Below, one piece after another: positions 49,159 to 58,854 of a stretch of DNA of 58,854 bases. Position 1 is the first letter of the stretch; the number at the start of each line of letters is the position of its first letter. A program made the position numbers and the translations under genes. Where the stretch lies: assembly GCA_944358775.1 (NCBI GenBank), contig CALVRU010000005.1:1-58854 (forward strand), in the 5' to 3' direction. The notes under the pieces are model-generated. The model did not search any database. It was not told the DNA's origin and worked only from the letters and a program-made list of their open reading frames with translations. The stretch is from an uncultured Bacilli bacterium. GTDB lineage: Bacteria; Bacillota_I; Bacilli_A; RF39; UBA660.

Positions 49159-49905
49159 CTACAAGTGTTTTTTGTTTGTTTTGTGCTTTTTCGACTGCGC
49201 CAGTTCATATAGTCTTTTTACTTCTTTCGGATTTAATTTGCGGTAATTTCCGGAAGTTAAGCCATCTAATGTCAAAAAGGCAAAACGAATTCTCGTCAAT
49301 TTTAAAACATCCAGTCCGACTGCTTGCATCATTTTTTTGACTTGATGATTTCGTCCTTCATGAATTGTAATTTCGATCATCGAAGTATTTTTCGACGGAT
49401 CGGTTTTGCGTAATTTTACCTTGGCCGGAGCGGTTTTCACACCATCGATCACGACCCCTTCTTGTAATGGAATGATCTGCTCTGCTTTGGCAATTCCTTT
49501 TACTTTAACGCGATATACTTTATCAATCTTGTTTTTTGGATGAGTCAGTAAATTTGTCAAAGTGCCATCGTTTGTCAACAATAAAACCCCTGTTGTGTCG
49601 TAGTCAAGTCGACCGACCGGATAAATGCGCATATCCGTCGGAATCAAATCAACTACGGTCTTCCGCTTTTTATCATCACTCGCAGTCGTCACTACCCCAC
49701 GCGGTTTATAAAGTAAAAAATAAACCGGTTCTTCTTTGCTAAGACGAACTCCATCTACTTCGATCGGTTGATTTTTTTCTACTTTTGTTCCGAGCTCTGT
49801 CACTACGGTGCCATTCACTTTCACGCGCCCACTTTTTATTAATTCCTCCGCATGTCTTCTTGAAGCAATCCCACTTTGGGCAATGATTTTTTGTAAACGT
49901 TCCAT
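49159..49905 (-). CDS. rluB: 23S rRNA pseudouridine synthase (RluB/RsuA family)
   Basis: S4 domain ERLQK, GRLDYDTTG, EGRNHQVK; position downstream of spmAB. Confidence 0.9.
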   Translation of the reverse strand: MERLQKIIAQSGIASRRHAEELIKSGRVKVNGTVVTELGTKVEKNQPIEVDGVRLSKEEPVYFLLYKPRGVVTTASDDKKRKTVVDLIPTDMRIYPVGRLDYDTTGVLLLTNDGTLTNLLTHPKNKIDKVYRVKVKGIAKAEQIIPLQEGVVIDGVKTAPAKVKLRKTDPSKNTSMIEITIHEGRNHQVKKMMQAVGLDVLKLTRIRFAFLTLDGLTSGNYRKLNPKEVKRLYELAQSKKHKTNKKHL

Positions 49906-49986
49906 TTCACTTCACCTTTTGTTATTATATCGAAAAGAACAGAAAAAGACAAATTTTTTCTTTGCCTTTTCTGTCCTAAAAGATAT

Positions 49987-50652
49987 TTATTTCTTCTTTT
50001 CTTGCCCATGAAACGAATCCTGGTTTTCTCTTCGGGCTTTCACTAATTGATATCCTTTTTCTAACGTCGTTGTTATTTCTTTTGGTTCTTTTATTTCTTC
50101 CAAGATTTCTGTTTTCGTACTTTCCATCAATTTGTCTTGTAACTTCGACAATTCTTCTAATTGTTTTTTTATTTCGTCGATTAATACTTCTAATTCGATG
50201 GTTCTTTTGCGAGCGTATTCCAATTCTTTTTCTTCTTCCGTTTTTTCATATAATGGTATTACATAATTTTCTTGTTCTAATTCATTTCGTAATTGATCTA
50301 TCCTATGTGAATTTCGATTGGCAAAATAGAGCGAGATAGAAGAGATGGCAATATTCCCAATCCTTTCTAGTAATGAAAATGTTTCCATTCGAAATAAGGT
50401 ATAAATCACAAAAACGATTGATATCAACCAGAAGATCATCGTTTTACGAATTTGGCGATTGTATCTTCTTTCTCGATCTTCTTGGGTTGGAATAGGATGC
50501 TGCTGTTGTATTTTTTCTTGTTGAACGTACCTTTTTTGCCATTCTTGGTATTCTTTTTGAGCTTCTTGTAATTCCTGTTGTAATTTCGTTTGTAACTGTG
50601 TGATTTGCCGATTTCGTTCCATTATTTGGTGACGAATATTTTCTTCGTTCAT
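49987..50652 (-). CDS. Hypothetical coiled-coil membrane protein
   Basis: 221 aa, two central hydrophobic segments, AGGAG RBS. Confidence 0.7.
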   Translation of the reverse strand: MNEENIRHQIMERNRQITQLQTKLQQELQEAQKEYQEWQKRYVQQEKIQQQHPIPTQEDRERRYNRQIRKTMIFWLISIVFVIYTLFRMETFSLLERIGNIAISSISLYFANRNSHRIDQLRNELEQENYVIPLYEKTEEEKELEYARKRTIELEVLIDEIKKQLEELSKLQDKLMESTKTEILEEIKEPKEITTTLEKGYQLVKARRENQDSFHGQEKKK

Positions 50653-50715
50653 ATGATCTCTCCTATTTGTTTTTCTGGATTTTTATTTTATTGTTTTTCC
50701 CCATTTTTGTCAAGA

Positions 50716-51240
50716 TCAGAAGAAAATAGAAGTAAGTAAGATACTAGCAATAATCGCCATTGCATCCGCCATTAAGCCTGCTTTTAAAGCGTATTTGCTA
50801 TTTTTAATGCCAATGCTTCCAAAATATAATGTCAGTACATAGATTGTCGTATCGGTACTTCCTTGCAATACTGAGGCAAGCCGCCCTAAAAAGGTATCGA
50901 CTCCATGCTTTTTGATCAGATCGATCATTACGGCAAAAGAAGCATTTCCAGAAATCGGTCGAACAAGAGCCATCGGCAATACTTCAATCGGTATTTTCAA
51001 AAATTGAAACACCGGTTTTAAAAAGAGAAATAATTGATCTAAAATACCACTTTTCAATAAGATATTCACCCCGAAAATCATGCCGATGAAACAGGGAAAA
51101 ATAGAAAATGCAAGTTCCATTCCCTCTTTGGCCCCCTTGGTGAAACTATCATATAATGGTACTTTTTTATAAAATCCATATAAAATTATCCCTAATACAA
51201 TAATCGGAATAAAATAACTGCTAATTTTAATGAGTGCCAT
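50716..51240 (-). CDS. spmB: Spore maturation protein B
   Basis: F.KGAKEG, RPISG, GSTDTT.YV..LYFG. Confidence 0.92.
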   Translation of the reverse strand: MALIKISSYFIPIIVLGIILYGFYKKVPLYDSFTKGAKEGMELAFSIFPCFIGMIFGVNILLKSGILDQLFLFLKPVFQFLKIPIEVLPMALVRPISGNASFAVMIDLIKKHGVDTFLGRLASVLQGSTDTTIYVLTLYFGSIGIKNSKYALKAGLMADAMAIIASILLTSIFF

Positions 51241-51823
51241 GTTTCCTCCGATCTCGGTAATAGAAAATCCGATCCATACATAATCCAAAAATAGTACTAG
51301 ATAGCGTTGCTAAAATGGTGATCGGTACAATTTCCGTTGGATTCGCACTACCATATAGACTTCGCATTGCTAAAATGTCCGTAGCAATTAGAGTGACACC
51401 ACCCGTATTCAATACTAAAAATGTTATCATACTACGAGTTGCTGTTTTTTTATCTTTATTTTTTTCTTGTAAACATTTCATCGCTTTTAAGCCGAATGGA
51501 GTCGAAGCATTGTGAATCCCTAACATATTGATCGTAATATTACTGGCAATATAGCCTAGCGCTTCGTCATTTTCATCTAACTCTGGGAATAACACGCGAA
51601 AAAGTGGACGCATCCATTTTGCCATTTTATCTAATAAGCCTGCTTCTTTTGCAATATTCATAATTCCCGACCACAATACCATCAATGGAAACATGCCTAG
51701 AAAAAGATCTAATATCAATTTGGGACCTTCGATAATTTCATTATTAATCGCTTCCATATTGCCAGTAACAATCGAATAGATAATACCGATTACAAAGAAA
51801 ACTCCCCACAATAGATTCATCAT
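51227..51823 (-). CDS. spmA: Spore maturation protein A
   Basis: LWSG.M.IA, NMLG..NA.TP.GLKAM..LQ, FLVLNT. Confidence 0.93.
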   Translation of the reverse strand: MMNLLWGVFFVIGIIYSIVTGNMEAINNEIIEGPKLILDLFLGMFPLMVLWSGIMNIAKEAGLLDKMAKWMRPLFRVLFPELDENDEALGYIASNITINMLGIHNASTPFGLKAMKCLQEKNKDKKTATRSMITFLVLNTGGVTLIATDILAMRSLYGSANPTEIVPITILATLSSTIFGLCMDRIFYYRDRRKHGTH

Positions 51824-51826
51824 ATA

Positions 51827-52894
51827 TTACCACCACGCAAGGGAACGAAGCCATTCCCAAAAACCTTTCTTTTTTGGTACTTCCACATATAATTTTTCTT
51901 CGTGAATGACATCATCTTTTAAAAATACTTTGGCAACTCCTACTTCGTCTCCGTCTTGATAATGATCTAATTTATTTAACTCGACTAGCACTTTTATTTC
52001 TTCTTTTTCTGGTTCTGATAACGGATATTGAAATCTATTTTTGATGACGATTTTATCGGAATAAAAATTGTTGTCTATTTTGAAATGTTCTGGGTCTAGA
52101 ATAATATAATTTTGATATGTTTGAAACGCTTCTTCATAGAGATCTTGATGGGTTTGATATTGATTGCCGTCATTTAAAGTGACTGCGGTCAAATTTAAGT
52201 TTCCAGAGGATGCTGTCGTCACCAAAGTTTTTCCGGCACGGGGCGTATATCCTGTCTTGCCACCAGTTGCATATTTATATTGAAATAAGAACTGATTCCG
52301 ATTAGTCCAAGAATAAGCCTTTTTTTCACTTTGAACATTGTATTTTTTGGTCCCGACAATTTCTCGATATACCGGATTTTTCATCGCATATTGAGATAGT
52401 AACGCCATATCGTAAGCAGTCGAATAATTTTCGGTTTCTTCGTCAAGGCCATGAGGATTTCGATAGATCGTATGGGTCATTCCAATTTCTTTGGCTTTTT
52501 GGTTCATCATTGCAACAAAGTTTTCTTCGCTACCACCGATATAATTTGCAATTACAACGGCTGCATCATTACCGCTTCGTAACATGAGTCCGTACAAAAG
52601 ATCTTTTAATTTCATCTTTTCATGAAGCTCTAAGTAGATATTACTGCCATACATTTTCAATACTTCTTCATCAACTGTTACAATATCTTCTAACTTGTTG
52701 GCCTCAATGGCGACAATGCAGGTCATAATCTTCGTAATCGAGGCGATGAGACGTTCTTCGTCTTTCTTTTTTTCGAATAAAATACGGCCACTATCCAGAT
52801 CCATTAAGACTGCACTGTGGGCACTGATGGCCTTGGCTGGAAACGGAATCAGCCATAAGATTAAAAACAATATTAGGATTCTTTTTTTCTTCAC
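51827..52894 (-). CDS. dacB: D-alanyl-D-alanine carboxypeptidase (peptidase S11)
   Basis: ASITK, SGN, NPHGL, KTG; dacB-spmA-spmB order. Confidence 0.9.
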   Translation of the reverse strand: MKKKRILILFLILWLIPFPAKAISAHSAVLMDLDSGRILFEKKKDEERLIASITKIMTCIVAIEANKLEDIVTVDEEVLKMYGSNIYLELHEKMKLKDLLYGLMLRSGNDAAVVIANYIGGSEENFVAMMNQKAKEIGMTHTIYRNPHGLDEETENYSTAYDMALLSQYAMKNPVYREIVGTKKYNVQSEKKAYSWTNRNQFLFQYKYATGGKTGYTPRAGKTLVTTASSGNLNLTAVTLNDGNQYQTHQDLYEEAFQTYQNYIILDPEHFKIDNNFYSDKIVIKNRFQYPLSEPEKEEIKVLVELNKLDHYQDGDEVGVAKVFLKDDVIHEEKLYVEVPKKKGFWEWLRSLAWW

Positions 52895-52955
52895 ACACCC
52901 TCACCTAACTCATCCTATGACTGTCCCATAAAAAAAATGAAAAAGGCATGCTTTT

Positions 52956-53558
52956 TCATTCTTCTTTTTGACGGGCGACGGCGATACCATCTCCTACTTT
53001 ATAAAAGGTCACTTCATAATGTTCATTTTCTTTTAGAAATTGAATATAATTTTTTATTTTACGAACCAGTCCACGAACATTACGACTTTCGATTTTGCTT
53101 TCCTCTTGCTCTACTAATCCGTGGAAACTAATATTGTCGGTAAGAATAAATCCACGCGGATTTAAGTTTTTTTCGAATTGTTCGAAAAATGCAATGTTTT
53201 GTGCCTTGGCGGCATCCAAAAAAATGAGATCGAATTTCTCGTCCAAATGGACTTCTTTGGCATCACGAAAAATCAGTGTAATCCGATCTTCTAAGTTTAA
53301 CTGTTTGATATTTTTTAAAGCTTGCAAATATCGTTCGTGATCTCGTTCGATGCTAGTCACTTTTACCGTTGGCGATGTAAGAACCATTTGAATGGCGGAA
53401 TAACCAATCGCCGTTCCAACTTCTAGAACAGAGGTAATTTGGTGCTTTATGATGAAATTCGTCAGAAAATTAATCCCATCGTCTTGCATGATTGGCACTT
53501 TGTGTTCTTTGGCATATTCCTTTATTTCTTTGATATAACGAAATTGATCTATTCCCAT
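52956..53558 (-). CDS. O-methyltransferase (YrrM/TrmR-like)
   Basis: LEVGTAIGYSA, FLDAAK, TDN, GDG; follows mltG. Confidence 0.88.
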   Translation of the reverse strand: MGIDQFRYIKEIKEYAKEHKVPIMQDDGINFLTNFIIKHQITSVLEVGTAIGYSAIQMVLTSPTVKVTSIERDHERYLQALKNIKQLNLEDRITLIFRDAKEVHLDEKFDLIFLDAAKAQNIAFFEQFEKNLNPRGFILTDNISFHGLVEQEESKIESRNVRGLVRKIKNYIQFLKENEHYEVTFYKVGDGIAVARQKEE

Positions 53559-54637
53559 GTAATCCAGTCGCCTCGATCTTTAATCTCTTGAATCATTTTT
53601 TGATGTTCTTGATAAGTTTTGGTAAAATATACTTTCTTGTATTTGTCCGCGACAAAATAGAAATAATCGTTCTTTTTCGCATTCAATACAGCTTGAATAC
53701 TTTGTTCACTTGGCAATGCAATTGGTCCTATCGGTAATTTTCCTTCCATGCCGACATTTGCTCGTGTATTATAACCATTGTTTTCTTGTAATTCGGCTTT
53801 CGTCAAGTCCCGTTCACTCATATCGACTTTCGCACCATAATAAGTAGTGACATCACTACCCAAACTCATGTTATTTTGAAGGCGATTTTCAAATACTCCA
53901 ACAATATTCTCACGGTCTTCTAAACTAGCGCCTTCTAACTCGACAATCGATGCATACGTTAAAATTTCGTGAACAGAGTAACGACTACTCTCCACTTGTG
54001 TTTTATACTTTGTCAATATTTTATCCATCTGATTCAACATTTTTTCAAAAATTGTCTCAATACGGACCTCTTTATTTTCAAATTGGTACGTATCTGGGAA
54101 TAAATATCCTTCTAACTTATAATAGATATCTTTGTCTTTGATGTCTTCGCTCAAAAACCAATATTTACTAATTAAAGAATCAAGATAGCTGTCGTCATTG
54201 ACCAGTGTCAATACTTCTTGTTCGGTATGATTGGTATTAGCAGCAATTTGCTTTGCCACTTTACGCATATTGATACCCTCTTTAAAGGTGATCGTGACGG
54301 TGTCTGGGTTATAATCGTTTCCTTTTTGTAACTGTTCAACGATGTTAGCAACACCCATATTAGGGCTCAATTCATAAGTGGTTGCTTTTAAGTTGTTGAC
54401 ATCATATATTTTTAAATAAAGTAAGAAAAACGTTTCACTCCGAATTAATCCTTTTTCTTTTAGTGTTTTGGCAATTTCCTTACTCGTTGCACCTTGTGAT
54501 ACTTCAACTGTTATTTTTTCATCGCTGTTGCTAACTGGTCCCATTTGATAATTATAAATACAACATAAGGTAATTAAAAAGATAGCAGTTAAAATTAATA
54601 TCACTAAAGCGATGTTACGAAATTTTTTCATCTTCAT
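53549..54637 (-). CDS. mltG: Endolytic transglycosylase MltG
   Basis: LEGYLFPDTY, ASIVE.E, VFENRL, LGSDVT, YNT, LP.GPI. Confidence 0.93.
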   Translation of the reverse strand: MKMKKFRNIALVILILTAIFLITLCCIYNYQMGPVSNSDEKITVEVSQGATSKEIAKTLKEKGLIRSETFFLLYLKIYDVNNLKATTYELSPNMGVANIVEQLQKGNDYNPDTVTITFKEGINMRKVAKQIAANTNHTEQEVLTLVNDDSYLDSLISKYWFLSEDIKDKDIYYKLEGYLFPDTYQFENKEVRIETIFEKMLNQMDKILTKYKTQVESSRYSVHEILTYASIVELEGASLEDRENIVGVFENRLQNNMSLGSDVTTYYGAKVDMSERDLTKAELQENNGYNTRANVGMEGKLPIGPIALPSEQSIQAVLNAKKNDYFYFVADKYKKVYFTKTYQEHQKMIQEIKDRGDWITWE

Positions 54638-54674
54638 ACTGCGTTCCTTCCTTCTGCAAAAGAAAAGAGCTTTC

Positions 54675-55007
54675 TTACTGCTCTTGTGGCGTTTGATTGT
54701 CGCCTTCTTTATTTCCGTCTTGAACAGCAGCTAATTGTCGTTTTGCTTCATCTTGAAGTTCTTTTAGGACAATTTCAATAATCTTCCACTCTTTTTCGGT
54801 TTCGATTGGTTCCAATTTTGTCGTTTCTTTGGTAGGATCAAAGATCGATGCAAATACTTGTGTATTGCCTTCGGCATCTTTTGAATTATCGGTATAACAA
54901 ATATAGCTTTTACCGGTTTCCTCACTATCAAATGTAAATAGAACATTACAGGTAATTTCTTTTCCTTCATCATTGATTACTTTAAATGTATTTTTATCCA
55001 TATTCAA
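54675..55007 (-). CDS. DUF1292 family protein (YrzB-like)
   Basis: VLFTF..EE.GKSY..YT, L.PIET.KEW; lies between ruvX and mltG. Confidence 0.88.
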   Translation of the reverse strand: MNMDKNTFKVINDEGKEITCNVLFTFDSEETGKSYICYTDNSKDAEGNTQVFASIFDPTKETTKLEPIETEKEWKIIEIVLKELQDEAKRQLAAVQDGNKEGDNQTPQEQ

Positions 55008-55420
55008 TTTCCTTTCCTATCTAAATAGCTTTGTAATATTATAGTTGCTGCTACTTCATCGATCACTTGTTTTCTTTTTTTGCGCGAAGCATCCTGTTTT
55101 AATAAAATATTTTGCGCTTCGACTGTAGTCAAACGTTCATCTTGAAGATGTACTGGTATTTTTAAAAGATCCTCTAACTGGCTTTTAAATAAAAGACTTA
55201 GGTTTCCTTTTTCGCCAATGGTATTATTCATATTTTTCGGAAGTCCTAATACGATTTCCTGAACGTTTTTTTCTTCGACGACGCGTTTGACTTCGGATAG
55301 CAATTGTTCATAATTTTCATTGTGACGAATTACTTGATATGGGCTAGCAATCAAACCGGAAGCATCCGATAAAGCCATTCCTAAAGTTTTGGATCCTAAA
55401 TCTAGTCCTAAGTAACGCAT
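55004..55420 (-). CDS. ruvX: YqgF/RuvX pre-16S rRNA nuclease
   Basis: LGLDLGSKT.G.ALSD, GLPKNM, DERLTT, AA.IILQSYL. Confidence 0.95.
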   Translation of the reverse strand: MRYLGLDLGSKTLGMALSDASGLIASPYQVIRHNENYEQLLSEVKRVVEEKNVQEIVLGLPKNMNNTIGEKGNLSLLFKSQLEDLLKIPVHLQDERLTTVEAQNILLKQDASRKKRKQVIDEVAATIILQSYLDRKGN

Positions 55421-55668
55421 TATTTTTCGAGATATTCCTTTAACAATACTTCCAAAATTTGATTACGATCTAATTTGCTAATCTTTTGACGCGCACCATT
55501 ATGAGAAGAAATGTAACCTGGATCACCGCTGATCAGATAGCCCACTAACTGATTAATCGGTTGATATCCTCTCTCTTGTAAAGACATATACACTTCTTTC
55601 AATGTTTGACTGATTAATTCACGGTTTAGATCTTCTAGAGAATATAATGTTGTTTTACTCGCTTCCAA
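55420..55668 (-). CDS. ireB: IreB/ReoM regulatory phosphoprotein (DUF965)
   Basis: [27 protein letters not shown]. Confidence 0.93.
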   Translation of the reverse strand: MEASKTTLYSLEDLNRELISQTLKEVYMSLQERGYQPINQLVGYLISGDPGYISSHNGARQKISKLDRNQILEVLLKEYLEK

Positions 55669-55788
55669 TCTATCACCTCACTATAATATCTTGACTTTAT
55701 TTTAACATGGATTTGATATGGAAGCAAGGTAAAACAAGTATTTTCTGTTTTAAAAAAAGGATCTACTTCAAAGTAAATCCTTTTTAAA

Positions 55789-58161
55789 TTATCGATTTAA
55801 AACGATTTTATCGACATACATGGTATTAAAATATTCAGGACCGGCATGGGCATCATTCCACTGGCGAATTTTAAATTGCGCACTTGTCGACTTATTTGAC
55901 AAATAAACGGTCAAGGTTGAGGATGGATAGTCTCCACTACTTGTCAATAATACTCGATTATTGTTATTCCCGACATATGCATAGAAAAATACATTTCCAT
56001 AGAATCCCGGTACTGGTAAATAGTGTCCTGTGGCATGAAAGGTGAAAACAGCAGTTCTAAAGTTGGTAATGTCGTAGGAGTTATAGCAAACAGCATCGCG
56101 ATAGTTCGATGGTTGGTAGTCCGCCGAAGTGAGTGAACCTCCCACATGACAATTGACGCTTAAAGTAACCGTTGTTTGTTCCCAGTAGACATAAGCATTT
56201 ACGTTGTCTTGAATCGAATAGGTCGCATTGGCACCATATACCGTTCCCGTTCCATTGATACGGTATCCTTTGAAGACAAAACCGGCAAGAGATCGACTCG
56301 GACCAAAGCTAGCGGTAAAACTACTGTGATTGCCACTTGCACTGGAATATACAGTACCGGCTGAATCTTTTACTAAAGTACTTCCATCATAACTATATAA
56401 GTGAACGGTTTTTGACCAGATTGCATACAAAGTCGTACTATTACTAAACGTCTGAGTACTACTGCTTCCATAGGTTGCTGCCGCCGCTTGCGTATCTGTT
56501 CTCCAGCCAGAGACATTATAGCCACTTTTTCCATTTACGCCATACAATGTAATATTGCAATTACTCGTATTATTATATACGGTACAACTATTCGTCCGAG
56601 TAGTTGTATCAATATAAGTAATTGTAATCACTTTACGATAAATAGCGTATAAGGTAACATCATTCGCTGGCATTTGATAACTCGATAAACCGGTCGTCGC
56701 ATTCGGATCTGTGTTCCAGCCGACAAATTCGTAGCCATTTTTACTCGCTGTCACACTTAAATCCACATTCGTCTGATACGCGACTTGAGCGTTTGGCTTA
56801 GTGACAGAGCTTCCACCATTTTGTTGATAATTATACGTTACATTGAAGATAGCATATTCCCAAGACGCTGTTATCGTACTGTTTTTTTGGCCAGTCGTAA
56901 AACTACTATTATTTTCAATTGGCGCTCCGTCTTTCGTAATTGTAGGCCCCATATAACCATCATTCGTAGTTGCCTTTACCGTTAATTTATCATCTAATTT
57001 TACTGCCATCGTTCGCGGTTGTTCATTAGAAGCGACGGTAATCTCTTTGTTTTGACTCTCATTTTTCAAAGTAATCGAGCCACCGATGCCACCGGATACT
57101 TGAACACTATAATCTTTTTTATCGATCCGAACGATAAATTGTTCACTGAAAGAAGAGATGCCAGATCCGGTTGTAACCATAACTCGATAGCGTTTTTCCC
57201 CTTCGATATCGGCGGTATAATTTTGCTCAGAAGCATTTGTCATATTATAGCAACTATTATTGTCGGCGGTCGCACATTCTTGCCACTGATAAGTAACTCC
57301 GCTCGGTACATTATTGGTATTGGCCGTCATTGTCACGGCACTACTACTCCACTCACCACTGGCAATACTATCACCATTTGCTTTTTTAGCAGTGATCGTA
57401 GCAGTTGGTTCCGTCCGATCGATTTTTAAATAAGTATTTTCCACCTGACTCATATTATCGGCATTATCAATCGCTCTTACTTGTAATTTCGTTACTCCTT
57501 CTGTCGACCAAGTAATCGGACCATTATAAGTCGTCCAGTTTTCTTGATCATTCGTTGCATATTCGATTCGTTTGATTCCAAATTGATATGGATCACCACT
57601 GGTGATTTCAATCCAGATGTTCTTGTCAGTCCATTCCGAATGATATGCTGATCCGCTACTATTTTCTAATTTCATATTGATGTTGATATTAAAATCTTTT
57701 CCTGGATCAAGATCAAATTCACAACCTTCGGTTTGATATCGTGAACAATATAAACAGCTTTTATAAGTTAAATTAATATTATTGGATCCTTCGACTGGTT
57801 CTTGACCATAGGTTAAAACATAGGATTTCGTTGCATCGCAATAAGCATTTTCTTTATAAGGATCACTGATCGGGCGAATATAGCCACCTTCAATCAAATC
57901 CTGTAGCGTAACAATGCGAGATTCATCTGGTTCTGGCGGTTGATAAATATTACATAAAAAATTGGCCTGAGGCGATATACCACAATCGACATACATCCCT
58001 TCGGCAGCTTCTTTCATACTGTTTTCGGCAATTTCAAATGCTTTTTTTCTAGTCGACGAAATATAGGAATTATAGCCTAAAATGGCAAGACTTGTTAGAA
58101 TTCCTAGAATTACAATGACGGCAAGTAATTCCGTCAATGTAAATCCCTTTTTGCTTTTCAT
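55789..58161 (-). CDS. Large type IV prepilin-like surface protein with Ig-like and InlB-B-type repeats
   Basis: KKG-FTLTELLAVI class III signal; RAID.A.N.S Ig-like unit; K.GY.F.GW...TLYA repeats. Confidence 0.85.
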   Translation of the reverse strand: MKSKKGFTLTELLAVIVILGILTSLAILGYNSYISSTRKKAFEIAENSMKEAAEGMYVDCGISPQANFLCNIYQPPEPDESRIVTLQDLIEGGYIRPISDPYKENAYCDATKSYVLTYGQEPVEGSNNINLTYKSCLYCSRYQTEGCEFDLDPGKDFNININMKLENSSGSAYHSEWTDKNIWIEITSGDPYQFGIKRIEYATNDQENWTTYNGPITWSTEGVTKLQVRAIDNADNMSQVENTYLKIDRTEPTATITAKKANGDSIASGEWSSSAVTMTANTNNVPSGVTYQWQECATADNNSCYNMTNASEQNYTADIEGEKRYRVMVTTGSGISSFSEQFIVRIDKKDYSVQVSGGIGGSITLKNESQNKEITVASNEQPRTMAVKLDDKLTVKATTNDGYMGPTITKDGAPIENNSSFTTGQKNSTITASWEYAIFNVTYNYQQNGGSSVTKPNAQVAYQTNVDLSVTASKNGYEFVGWNTDPNATTGLSSYQMPANDVTLYAIYRKVITITYIDTTTRTNSCTVYNNTSNCNITLYGVNGKSGYNVSGWRTDTQAAAATYGSSSTQTFSNSTTLYAIWSKTVHLYSYDGSTLVKDSAGTVYSSASGNHSSFTASFGPSRSLAGFVFKGYRINGTGTVYGANATYSIQDNVNAYVYWEQTTVTLSVNCHVGGSLTSADYQPSNYRDAVCYNSYDITNFRTAVFTFHATGHYLPVPGFYGNVFFYAYVGNNNNRVLLTSSGDYPSSTLTVYLSNKSTSAQFKIRQWNDAHAGPEYFNTMYVDKIVLNR

Positions 58162-58186
58162 ACAACCCTCTCCTATTCTTTTTCTT

Positions 58187-58699
58187 TTATTCTTGGGTTC
58201 CCATTTGATCTTCCTGATCAGGGGTCGGTAAAATAATTCCGTCTATAGCAGCCTCTCTTACCATGGTTTCATATTTTCCCATGAATAACAATGTCAAGGG
58301 TTCTAAGTCAATACCCCTTGCCTGATATCCCAAAATACAGTAGTTCATAATACTTTTTTGAGTTTCTTCGTCAATATGCTCGATGTCCTCTTGATTTAAA
58401 TTCATCGTTTTAATTACCAACATCGAGATCAGTTCGGTATGTTCCGATAAACTCGTTCGATCATTAATATCTACTTGGTTTACGACATTTTGATACGCTT
58501 CCATCACTTCGTCTTTCGTATAAGACTGATAATACATATCGTCGTATTGATGCTCGATTTCATAATCGTTGTTTTCTTGTTTTTTTTCTTCATCCGGTTT
58601 AATAATTTGCGTTAATATAATGACAATAAAAGCAACGATTAAAATAGATAAAATAACGATGACTCCGATTCGCCATGATGTTAGTTTTGTTTTTTTCAT
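58187..58699 (-). CDS. Hypothetical membrane-anchored protein
   Basis: N-terminal TM and acidic external domain; AGGTG RBS. Confidence 0.7.
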   Translation of the reverse strand: MKKTKLTSWRIGVIVILSILIVAFIVIILTQIIKPDEEKKQENNDYEIEHQYDDMYYQSYTKDEVMEAYQNVVNQVDINDRTSLSEHTELISMLVIKTMNLNQEDIEHIDEETQKSIMNYCILGYQARGIDLEPLTLLFMGKYETMVREAAIDGIILPTPDQEDQMGTQE

Positions 58700-58854
58700 A
58701 TTCTCACCTACTCTAAGATCCATTATAATAAATTATCAAAAAAAAAGAAAGATGTTTTTACATCTATCTCGCGTATACGTAGATTTTCATTTGGAATTCC
58801 GTTTTTTAAAAATAACGGAATTAAATTTGTTTATAGTATAATATATCTTATGTT

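Overview
Low-GC bacterial chromosome segment, mostly core genes on the minus strand. Gene content and Bacillus-like gene order (valS with T-box, yugI-yutI-yutH-yutD-yunB, dacB-spmAB-rluB, ireB-ruvX-DUF1292-mltG-yrrM) suggest a reduced-genome, possibly spore-forming gut Bacilli lineage such as RF39; this taxonomy is inference. It carries 16 tRNA genes. An AT-rich accessory zone (about 16.9-26.3 kb) starts at tRNA-Ala(CGC) and contains att-like repeats, AraC and VirD4-like genes, two candidate small RNAs, a broken DUF1016 nuclease gene, an IS30 element that duplicated a terminator hairpin, and a 683-bp direct repeat around a 3-gene cassette. Best candidates for undescribed biology: (1) a two-gene, three-domain dCTP-deaminase locus whose catalytic motifs are split complementarily between domains, predicting a heteromeric pseudo-trimer with one composite active site; (2) a SipW/TasA-type surface protein whose C-terminus looks like a diversity-generating-retroelement variable region, with a decayed homologous C-terminus 3.8 kb away and no reverse transcriptase in the window; (3) a fucO-FIST-aldehyde dehydrogenase operon. 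All protein calls come from motif recognition by eye; no database search was run.
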